Below, piece by piece: positions 8,144 through 15,828 of a stretch of DNA of 64,000 nt (position 1 is the stretch's first letter; each line of letters opens with the position of its first letter). The DNA comes from an uncultured Planctomycetaceae bacterium (GTDB taxonomy: Bacteria; Planctomycetota; Phycisphaerae; SM23-33), in assembly GCA_964427875.1 (NCBI GenBank), contig CAYRVX010000028.1:387-64386 (forward strand), given 5' to 3'. The notes below the pieces were generated by a model that saw only the letters and a program-made list of their open reading frames with translations, made no database searches and was not told the origin of the DNA. The position numbers were made by a program, and so were the translations under genes.

Positions 8144-8935
8144 ATGCAGATCAAGCTGTTGATAGCACCCATGGGGTGCCTGCTTGCGCTGACGGGCGCC
8201 GCGCTGGCGGCTGCACCGATCACGCTGGTGGAGAATGGCAAGCCGGCGGCGGGCACGCTGCTGCTGGTGGGGCGGAGCACGTTGAGCGAAAAGCATAAGC
8301 TGGTGCCGCCGACGAAGCCGGAGGGCCTGCGCATCGTCACCTTCGCTCGCGGCGTGGCCATCCTCGGAGAGGTGAAGCCTGCCGGAGCGGACAATGTCCG
8401 CCGCGAGGTGGACCGCGGGACCTTGCACGGCGTCTATGAGTTCCTGGAGCGCCTCGTCGGATGCCGCTTCTTCATCCACATCCCAAACGACCCGGACTTC
8501 GGCACGGTGACGCCGGTGGTGAAGACCCTCGCCGTGCCGGCTGACTACAAGCTGGAATTGGCGCCGGACTTCCCGTACCGCGCGGCCGCGTTCCCGCATT
8601 GGGGAGGTAACCTGGCTTGGATGAGGGTGACGCGCGAAGGCGCCGGCGTGGGCTCCGGCACCGGTTTCGCCGGCATCAACCATACGGACAAGTGGTTCGG
8701 GAAGCGATTCTTCAAGGACCACCCGGACTGGGCCGCGCTGATGGCGGAGGACGGGACGCGCCATCGAATGTACGCGTGCTACTCGCATCCCGGCGTGCTC
8801 CGGGCGCGGGTGCAGGTGACACAGGATGTCTATGACGGCAAGGGCGGCTGGTTCGGCGAACACTGCCATCCCGGGCCGAAGTGGATCGGATTCGAGCCGG
8901 CGGACCTCCAGCCGCCGACCGGCCGGCCATCGTGA
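8144..8935 (+). CDS. Secreted DUF4838-like protein, apparently truncated (N-terminal module plus the beginning of the TIM-barrel-like region only)
   Basis: Signal peptide. 'ITLVENGKPAAGTLLLVG...EGLRIVTFARGVAILGE...GVYEFLERLVGCRFF...PDFPYRAAAF' parallels the N-terminus of the full-length DUF4838 protein at 26487-28748. RBS AAAGGAG upstream. Only 263 aa. Confidence 0.5.
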   Translation: MQIKLLIAPMGCLLALTGAALAAAPITLVENGKPAAGTLLLVGRSTLSEKHKLVPPTKPEGLRIVTFARGVAILGEVKPAGADNVRREVDRGTLHGVYEFLERLVGCRFFIHIPNDPDFGTVTPVVKTLAVPADYKLELAPDFPYRAAAFPHWGGNLAWMRVTREGAGVGSGTGFAGINHTDKWFGKRFFKDHPDWAALMAEDGTRHRMYACYSHPGVLRARVQVTQDVYDGKGGWFGEHCHPGPKWIGFEPADLQPPTGRPS

Positions 8936-10152
8936 TCGGCGACTGTGCGGAGACCCGCCGGGCCGGCATCGACGCGGCGAAGATCCCGGTCGAGGGGTTT
9001 GTCGTCAAGACCGCGGCGAACCGCGTCTACCTCGTGGGCAGCACGCAGGCGCTGCCTGTGGCAAGGGCGAACGACGCCGCGGCCTGGGCCGTGGCGGACT
9101 TCCTGGAGCGGTTCGTCGGCGTGCGCTGGTATTGGCCGGCGCAGTACGGCGGGCGCTCCGTTCCTCGCCGCACCTCGCTGGCCATCGCCCCGGCCCATTA
9201 CCGCGACCAGCCCGTATTTCGCTTTCGAACCATGTATCAGGACTGGTACTGGCTCCAGGCGCGCTCGTTCGATGAGCAGTTGCGGGCGGTGCTTCAGCGC
9301 GTGCCAAATGACCCCGGGACCGCCAATGATCTCGGGCTGGCGATGGTCAGGCTCGGCAGATTCGATGAGGCCATCACCCACTACAAGAATGCCCTGAAGA
9401 TTCTGCCAGACAATCCCGACATCTTGTGTAACCTCGGCTTGGCATGGGCAAGGAAGGGCGAACCGGATAGGGCGATCGACTGGTTGGCCAAGACGCTTGA
9501 GACGGAACCGGGGCATCCCCGTGCGCATGCCAACCTTGGTGTGATCCATAGCCAAAGGGGCAGACATGCCGACGCGGCACACCACTTCAGCGAAGCGCTC
9601 CGGACCGACGCAGATCACACGATGGCCCGAAATGGACTGGTAGCTGCCATGCTCCGGCGGCAGGAGGGCCCCGGTATCCTCGCCACGCTCTTGAAGTCGA
9701 TCCAAACTCGCCCAAACGCCGCACTGCACCGCACCGTTGCGGATGTCCTGGCCCACCAGGGAGAATTCGAGGAGGCACTCCGTCATTACCGCCAAGCCGT
9801 CCGGCTGCAACCTGAATGGCCTCCAGCCATCGATGGGTTAGCTTGGCATTTGGGTACTTCCCCAAAGCCCGAACTGCGGGATCCTGTGGAGGCCGAAAGA
9901 CTTGCCCTGTCGGCCTGTGAGCTGACGGGTTACGATGCCCCTTACCCTGTGATTGCCCTGGGCGCCGCGCTCGCGGCCCAGGGGAAGTTCGCACAAGCCG
10001 TTAGGGTTGCGGAGAAGGCCATGTCTCTGGCAGAATCCGCAAAGGATGTGCCGCTGGCCAAGATGATTGCCGAGGGAATCCGGCACTACAGGGCGGGTAG
10101 GCCCTATCGCCAGGCCGCTCCCGACATGCGACAGCCAGCAACCCACCAGTAG
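8881..10152 (+). CDS. Chimeric protein: DUF4838-type N-terminal module fused to TPR repeats
   Basis: 'PAIVIGDCAETRRAGIDAAKIPVEGFVVKTAANRVYLVGST...VADFLERFVGVRWYWP...PVFRFRTMY' followed by at least 5 TPR-like units (for example 'AITHYKNALKILPDNPDILCNLGLAWARKGE'). Overlaps the previous ORF by 55 nt in another frame. Confidence 0.5.
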   Translation: MDRIRAGGPPAADRPAIVIGDCAETRRAGIDAAKIPVEGFVVKTAANRVYLVGSTQALPVARANDAAAWAVADFLERFVGVRWYWPAQYGGRSVPRRTSLAIAPAHYRDQPVFRFRTMYQDWYWLQARSFDEQLRAVLQRVPNDPGTANDLGLAMVRLGRFDEAITHYKNALKILPDNPDILCNLGLAWARKGEPDRAIDWLAKTLETEPGHPRAHANLGVIHSQRGRHADAAHHFSEALRTDADHTMARNGLVAAMLRRQEGPGILATLLKSIQTRPNAALHRTVADVLAHQGEFEEALRHYRQAVRLQPEWPPAIDGLAWHLGTSPKPELRDPVEAERLALSACELTGYDAPYPVIALGAALAAQGKFAQAVRVAEKAMSLAESAKDVPLAKMIAEGIRHYRAGRPYRQAAPDMRQPATHQ

Positions 10153-10513
10153 GGTGTCGGCCTGTGGGACATGGGACGGCCCGTCTGAATGGTGCTGGAC
10201 CTACCCGAGAGCGACGCCGCGACGTGAGGCAAGGAATGGAGTCACAGTCGATCGCTGCACACGAACATGCATTCCGCGATGGTTCATCCTCGCCAGAGAG
10301 CCCGAATGTCAGTGTGGTCCGTCCCGGGTGGCAATGTACGGCTGGCTGGTCCCCGCCGGGACGAGCCCGACGGTGATGCCAAGGCCGCACCAGCCGCCGT
10401 CAACTGACCGCAGCCGTGAACACGGGCGCCGTGCGCTGCGTATTTGACCGGAAGGGCCGACGGCAGTAGCATGTTCGAGACAGGACCTCCCCGGTCGCGA
10501 CAGGAGTCTTGGC

Positions 10514-10915
10514 GTGAGCAAACTGGAAGAGACAGTGAAGGGCCTGAAATACGACGCGGACGGGCTGATCCCGGCGGTCGTCGTGGACGCCGACAGCAAG
10601 GCCGTCCTGATGGTGGCCTACATGGATGAGACGGCCCTGTTGAGCACGATCCGCACGGGCAAGACGCATTTCTGGTCCCGCAGCCGACGGGAATACTGGA
10701 TGAAAGGCGAAATCTCGGGGCACACGCAGGAGGTCAAGGCCATCTATACCGACTGCGATAAGGACACGATCGTTATCGAGGCCATTCAGAACGGAGCGGC
10801 GTGCCACGAAGGGTATTTCTCCTGCTTCTACCGCCGGCTGAACGCCGGCGGCGAATGGGACGTTGTGGCTGAGAAGGTCTTCGACCCCGACAAGGTATAC
10901 AAGCGCGGTGAGTAG
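10514..10915 (+). CDS. hisI: Phosphoribosyl-AMP cyclohydrolase
   Basis: 133 aa. '[41 protein letters not shown]...[13 protein letters not shown]...CDKDTIVI...[14 protein letters not shown]' is the classic HisI pattern. GTG start. Confidence 0.85.
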   Translation: MSKLEETVKGLKYDADGLIPAVVVDADSKAVLMVAYMDETALLSTIRTGKTHFWSRSRREYWMKGEISGHTQEVKAIYTDCDKDTIVIEAIQNGAACHEGYFSCFYRRLNAGGEWDVVAEKVFDPDKVYKRGE

Positions 10916-10960
10916 AGCGGTTGGGAGCCCGGCACAATCGGGCACGCAGCCGCAAGCGGC

Positions 10961-13264
10961 ATGAAATCACAAGGTGTGCCATCCGAGCCAGGCGAGCCGC
11001 GTCCGGGCGCCGAGCCCGTGCGCTACGTGCTGGCGGCGGCGGGCTTGCTGACCGCCGTGGCACTGGCTCTGGTTTACCTTTCGCCGGACCTCGCCTCCTG
11101 GGCGCGAACGGCTCTAGGGACGGCCCAGCTCGTCCTGGTGGGCGTCTTTGTCGCCGAGCGCGGGCGCCGGCTCCTCCTGGCCCGCCGGGCGAAGCAGTTC
11201 CTCCTCGAACACTGGATGGACCTGTCCCTGCTGGGCGCGGCGGCCCTGCTGGTCGTGCTGGGGCTCGCCGCGGGGGGACGATTCCTTCCCGCCGCGGCGA
11301 TGTACGTCCTGCTGTCGCGAAGCTGGCTGCTCGTGCCGCGCCGGCGGCTGCCGGTCGCCCTGAACGTCCTGCTGGCCCTGACGGGCGCCGTGGCCGTGGC
11401 AGCTCTTGTCCTGGAGTACGGCTTTCACGCCCCGCCGGTCGACCGCAACGTGCTTCACGCGGTGCAGACCGTCGTGGTGGCGGTGTTCATCCTGGATCGC
11501 ATCGTGCGCCTGGAGTCGGCGCCCAGCCGCCCGGCATATCTGAAGGACAACTGGGTGGACTTCGGCCTGATGGTTGTGGCGGCCGTGGCCATCACGGTCA
11601 CCCGGCACCTGCACGGCGAGATCCTTTCGGCCGGGGCGCTGTACGTCATCATCACACAGGTCTACATCCTCATCTCGCTGGTCCTTCGGGGAGTAAGCGT
11701 GAGCCTCGACGTCGCCGGCAGCGGCGTTCACTCGACGTGGCTGCTGATCGGCAGTTTCGCCGCGATGTGCCTGGTGGGCTCGGGCCTGCTGACACTCCCG
11801 GCCGCCACACAAATCACCCAGGCGCCCACGACGCAAGCGGGGACGCAGAGCAGTCAGATCACCCGACAACTCGGGGAGCCGATCTCCTACGTGGACGCTC
11901 TTTTCACGGCCACCAGCGCCACGTGCGTGACGGGGCTGGTGGTGCGGGACACGGGGGCCGACTTCACGCCGTTCGGCCAGGCGGTGATCCTCGGGCTGAT
12001 CCAGATGGGCGGCCTGGGGATCATGCTGTTCGGCACGATGCTGGCGCTGCTGGTGGGCAAGGGGCTTACCGTCCGCTCCAGCGAGGCGCTGGGAGAGATG
12101 ATCGGCACGGAAGGCATCGGCCGGATCACGCGGATCGTGAAGTTCGTGGTCGCCGTCGCGATCGGATTCGAGGTCCTGGGGGCCGTGCTGCTGTATCCCA
12201 TGTTCGCCTCGGCGCAGGGCCCGGCGGTGCCCACAGCGGGCCGGGCCCTGTGGGACAGCGTCTTCCACAGCGTTTCGAGCTTCTGCAACGCGGGCTTCGC
12301 GCTGTACGGCAGGAACATGATGGCCGGCGCGCCGGAAGGCTGGTCCCAGCCGCTGCGGGGTCACTGGCAGGTCCTTGGCGTGATGGCCCCGCTGATCGTG
12401 GTAGGCGGGCTGGGCTTCCCCGTGATCGAGGACTGCGCGAAGTACTTCCGAGCGCTGCTGGTCCGGCTCGTGGGGCGAGCCTTCCCCTCCGGGCACAGGC
12501 GGATGGGGCGGGCGCCGAGGCTTTCCCTGCACTCCAGGATGGTCCTGTCCGTCAGCGCCGCGCTGATCGTGGCGGGCGCGGCGGGTCTGCTGCTGCTGGG
12601 GCCCAGCCGCCGGACGGGGAGGCAACAGATCGGCCGAGTTCCACTGGCCGGCCCCGACGGCCGGGTCCAAGAGGACCCGTCACGGTGGCGGAACATGCCC
12701 ACCGGCGGGCGCATCGGCGCGGCGTTGTTTCAGTCGGTCTCGGCGCGGACGGCCGGCTTCAACACGATCGACATGCGCGACGACCTCTCGGACGCCAGCC
12801 GGCTGTGGATATGCGGGCTGATGGTCGTTGGCGGCAGTCCGGCCAGCACGGCCGGCGGGGTCAAGACGGTCACGGTCGCGATCCTGCTGCTGGCGGCCTG
12901 GTCGATGATCCGGCGCCGCAACGCCGTCGAGGCCTTCAAGCGAACCATCCCGGTGGTGCTCCTGCGCCGGGCCGTGACCCTCTTCATCCTGTACCTCGCC
13001 CTCGTGGGGACGGTGACGCTCCTGCTGTGCGTGGCCACGCCGGGCGGGGATTTCATGCGGCTGCTCTTCGAGGCGTGCAGCGCGTGCGGGACGGTCGGGC
13101 TGTCCACGGGGATCACGCCGTCGCTGTCGATGTTCGGCAAGATCGTCGTGATCGTCGGGATGTTCGCCGGGCGGCTTGGGCCGCTGACGCTGCTGCTCGC
13201 CCTGACCGCCAGGATCCGCCACGTGAGATACTCCTATCCCTCGGAAAACCTAGTCATCGGGTGA
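10961..13264 (+). CDS. trkH: TrkH/KtrB-family K+ transporter with an ~270-aa extra N-terminal membrane domain
   Basis: Core 'FTATSATCVTGLVVRDTGADFTPFGQAVILGLIQMGGLGIM' and 'FQSVSARTAGFNTIDM...GGSPASTAGGVKT' match TrkH selectivity-filter repeats. 767 aa, against ~480 for a typical TrkH. Confidence 0.85.
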   Translation: MKSQGVPSEPGEPRPGAEPVRYVLAAAGLLTAVALALVYLSPDLASWARTALGTAQLVLVGVFVAERGRRLLLARRAKQFLLEHWMDLSLLGAAALLVVLGLAAGGRFLPAAAMYVLLSRSWLLVPRRRLPVALNVLLALTGAVAVAALVLEYGFHAPPVDRNVLHAVQTVVVAVFILDRIVRLESAPSRPAYLKDNWVDFGLMVVAAVAITVTRHLHGEILSAGALYVIITQVYILISLVLRGVSVSLDVAGSGVHSTWLLIGSFAAMCLVGSGLLTLPAATQITQAPTTQAGTQSSQITRQLGEPISYVDALFTATSATCVTGLVVRDTGADFTPFGQAVILGLIQMGGLGIMLFGTMLALLVGKGLTVRSSEALGEMIGTEGIGRITRIVKFVVAVAIGFEVLGAVLLYPMFASAQGPAVPTAGRALWDSVFHSVSSFCNAGFALYGRNMMAGAPEGWSQPLRGHWQVLGVMAPLIVVGGLGFPVIEDCAKYFRALLVRLVGRAFPSGHRRMGRAPRLSLHSRMVLSVSAALIVAGAAGLLLLGPSRRTGRQQIGRVPLAGPDGRVQEDPSRWRNMPTGGRIGAALFQSVSARTAGFNTIDMRDDLSDASRLWICGLMVVGGSPASTAGGVKTVTVAILLLAAWSMIRRRNAVEAFKRTIPVVLLRRAVTLFILYLALVGTVTLLLCVATPGGDFMRLLFEACSACGTVGLSTGITPSLSMFGKIVVIVGMFAGRLGPLTLLLALTARIRHVRYSYPSENLVIG

Positions 13265-13268
13265 GATC

Positions 13269-13955
13269 ATGGAACGTTTCGCTGTCATCGGACTGGGCCG
13301 GTTCGGCATGCGGCTGGCGACGTCGCTGGCCGACGCCGGGGCGGAGGTCATCGCCATCGATCGCGACCCCGACATCGTGGAGGAGGTCAAGGACCGCGTC
13401 ACGCTGGCGGTCTGCCTGGACGCCACCGACGAACAGGCCCTCCGCGCCCAGGGCATCGACAAGGTGGACGTCGCGATCGTGGGGATCGGGGCGAACTTCG
13501 AGGAAAGCGTCCTCTCGACGGTGATTCTCAAGCAGATCGGCGTGCCCCGCGTCATCAGCCGGGCCACGACGAGCACTCGCGGGCAGATCCTCTCGCGGGT
13601 CGGGGCCGATGACATCGTCAACCCGGAGCGCGAGTCGGCCGCCCGGTGGCGTACCCGCCTGCTCGCACCGACTGTGCTCGAGCGGAGCGTGCTGGCCGAA
13701 GGCTTCAGCCTCGCGCAGGTGGAGGCCCCCGAGAGCTTCCACAACCAGACGCTGGCGGAGCTGCACGTCGGCTCCCGCTACAAGGTTCTGGTGGTGGCCT
13801 TTCGACGAACGATCCGGGAAACAGATGAAAGCGGACAGACGCGGACCCGCGAGACGCTCGTCAGCGCCCCCGGGCCGACCAGCGTCGTCGAGCCCGGCGA
13901 CGTGCTGGTGCTGATCGGCAGCGACGAGGCCATCGAGGCCTTCCCCACGAAGTAA
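13269..13955 (+). CDS. trkA: TrkA/KtrA NAD-binding regulatory subunit (RCK domain)
   Basis: 'RFAVIGLGRFGMRLATSLADAGAEVIAIDRDPD' Rossmann fold plus a C-terminal RCK_C-like region. Lies 4 nt after the trkH stop. Confidence 0.85.
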   Translation: MERFAVIGLGRFGMRLATSLADAGAEVIAIDRDPDIVEEVKDRVTLAVCLDATDEQALRAQGIDKVDVAIVGIGANFEESVLSTVILKQIGVPRVISRATTSTRGQILSRVGADDIVNPERESAARWRTRLLAPTVLERSVLAEGFSLAQVEAPESFHNQTLAELHVGSRYKVLVVAFRRTIRETDESGQTRTRETLVSAPGPTSVVEPGDVLVLIGSDEAIEAFPTK

Positions 13956-13960
13956 CAAGC

Positions 13961-14046
13961 CTCGAGGCTCTCAGCTATCAGCTCTCAGCAAGAGGCCGGA
14001 CGCTCGCCGCAATGTGGCTGAGAGCTGATCGCTGATAGCTGACAGC
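13961..14046. repeat. Long imperfect inverted repeat between the convergent trkA and rpiB genes (candidate bidirectional terminator)
   Basis: 'ctctcagctatcagctctcagc' ... 'gctgagagctgatcgctgatagctgacagc'. Arms of about 20 bp around a ~27-nt loop, with no clear U-tract. Confidence 0.35.
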
Positions 14047-14550
14047 TTATCTCGCGTCCCGGTCGTTCCTGGCCAGGCCGTTTCCCTCCTCGTACAGGGC
14101 CGGGTCCTTGCCCTGCTCGATCCACGCGATCTTGCGGACGCGGCGCTCGTGCCGCCCGCCGGGCTCGAAGTCGGTGCTCAACCAACTGGACACGATCCGC
14201 CGGATCAGCTCCTCGCCGAGCACGTCGCTGGCCAGGCACAGGACGTTCGCGTTGTTGTGGCGGCGGGACATCTGCGCCGTCAGTTCGTCGTGACACAGGG
14301 CGGCACGGACGCCGGTGACCTTGTTGGCGCAGATGCTCATGCCGATCCCGCTGCCGCAGACCAGGACGGCGAACCGGGCCTTGCCGTCGGCGACGGCGCG
14401 GGCCGCGGGATACGCCAGGTTGGGGTAGTCGCAGCTCTTGGCGCTGTTGGTCCCCATGTCGAGGACGTCGTGGCCCTGTTCGCTGAGCAGGATGGCCACC
14501 TTCTCCTTGACGGCATGCCCGCGGTGATCGGCGGCAAGTGCGATCCTCAT
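14047..14550 (-). CDS. rpiB: Ribose-5-phosphate isomerase B
   Basis: 'MRIALAADHRGHAVKEKV...VLVCGSGIGMSICANKVTGVRAALCHD' is typical of RpiB/LacAB. It forms the last 168 codons of a longer open frame. Confidence 0.85.
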   Translation of the reverse strand: MRIALAADHRGHAVKEKVAILLSEQGHDVLDMGTNSAKSCDYPNLAYPAARAVADGKARFAVLVCGSGIGMSICANKVTGVRAALCHDELTAQMSRRHNNANVLCLASDVLGEELIRRIVSSWLSTDFEPGGRHERRVRKIAWIEQGKDPALYEEGNGLARNDRDAR

Positions 14551-15665
14551 GGCAGTCCTTTGCTCAAAGCGGTCCGAATGGCCCTTTCGATTCGCCTGGC
14601 GGTACGTCGATACACGACGGGTCCGCCGCCGATGGGATCCGCGACGTCGCCGCGAGCGTCCAGCTTGCGGACCTTCTCCGCGGCGTCCGGTACGAGGCGG
14701 ACCACCTCGGCGATGTGAGAATCCGTCATGCAAAATACCACATCCGCCTCCTTTATCAACTCCCTTGTCAAGATTCGGCTGTGATGTTTGGAGATATCGG
14801 CCCCCAGCTCGTCGGCGGCCCGGACCGCTGCCGGCGTCGCCCGCGCTCCGTTCAGGCCGAAAGCGCCCGCCGAGAGGACCTTCACTCCTCTGTGCGGCAA
14901 TTGCCTCACCTCGCAGTCCAACCGCTCTGCCAGGAGCTTCTTCGCCAATCCCTCGGCGACGGGACTGCGGCACGTGTTGCCCGTGCAGACGAACAGCAGC
15001 GTCCGCTCCCACATGCGTCTGATCGCCGCGGCGTCCCAGACGCCCTCTCGAACGACCCTCCAGCCGCTCTCGTCGCATCGGACGATCGTGCTGTCCATTC
15101 CGTACCGCGTCGGTCCGCTGTCGATCAGGAGGTCAATCCGGCCGTCCAGCGCCGCCAGCACGTCCTCGGCCGTGCAGGGCGACGGCCCGCCGGTGAGGTT
15201 CGCGCTCGGCGCGACGACCGGCAGGGAGACCTGCCCAAGCATTGCCCGGGCCAGTGGCTCGTCGGGGCACCGCAGGCCAATAATCCCCTTGGCGCACAGG
15301 CGATCATACAGCCCCGCGCGGCGGCGCAGCTTCGCATCCGCCAGTCTCCCGCCCGTCGGCACCAGCAGCGTGACCGGCCCCGGCCAGGCCTTGTTCATCA
15401 GCCGCCGGGCCGAGTCCGGCACGAGCTTGACGTACCGCCTCGCGTCGCCGGGCTTGCCGACGTGCACGCTGAACGGCCGCTTCGGGCGGGATTTGAGCTC
15501 CCGCAGCCGCTCCATCGTCTCGGCGATGGTCGCCATGGCCGCAATGCCGTATACCGTCTCCGTGGCGAAACCGACAAGCTGCCCCTCGCGCAGGGCCTTC
15601 GCCGCCTGCCGCGCCGCGGCGGAAACGTCCTTCTCGCCGGTCACCTCGATCACACGGGTCGACAC
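14547..15665 (-). CDS. Fusion of L-threonylcarbamoyladenylate synthase (TsaC/YrdC/Sua5-type) with a low-molecular-weight protein-tyrosine/arginine phosphatase
   Basis: N-terminus 'VGFATETVYGIAA...KSRPKRPFSVHV' is the YrdC fold. C-terminus 'LLFVCTGNTCRSPVAEG...DPIGGG' gives the LMW-PTP CX5R P-loop and the DP motif. Overlaps rpiB by 4 nt. Confidence 0.8.
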   Translation of the reverse strand: MSTRVIEVTGEKDVSAAARQAAKALREGQLVGFATETVYGIAAMATIAETMERLRELKSRPKRPFSVHVGKPGDARRYVKLVPDSARRLMNKAWPGPVTLLVPTGGRLADAKLRRRAGLYDRLCAKGIIGLRCPDEPLARAMLGQVSLPVVAPSANLTGGPSPCTAEDVLAALDGRIDLLIDSGPTRYGMDSTIVRCDESGWRVVREGVWDAAAIRRMWERTLLFVCTGNTCRSPVAEGLAKKLLAERLDCEVRQLPHRGVKVLSAGAFGLNGARATPAAVRAADELGADISKHHSRILTRELIKEADVVFCMTDSHIAEVVRLVPDAAEKVRKLDARGDVADPIGGGPVVYRRTARRIERAIRTALSKGLP

Positions 15666-15828
15666 CGATGGCTCCTCTAGGAGGCCATTATCCCGGACGG
15701 GGACGATCCGTCAAGCGAGCCAAGTCCGTGGGGCCGTGCGACCGCAGGACCACAAGATCACAAGAGGGCGGCGCCCGACGGGATTCGGCAATCCCCCATC
15801 CGCTTGTCTGGAGCTTGTCAAGGAGCAA

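Noticed and set aside
10921-13524. 867-aa alternative-frame ORF overlapping trkH
   Set aside because: Arg/Gly/Pro-rich nonsense frame. The overlapping frame encodes bona fide TrkH motifs.
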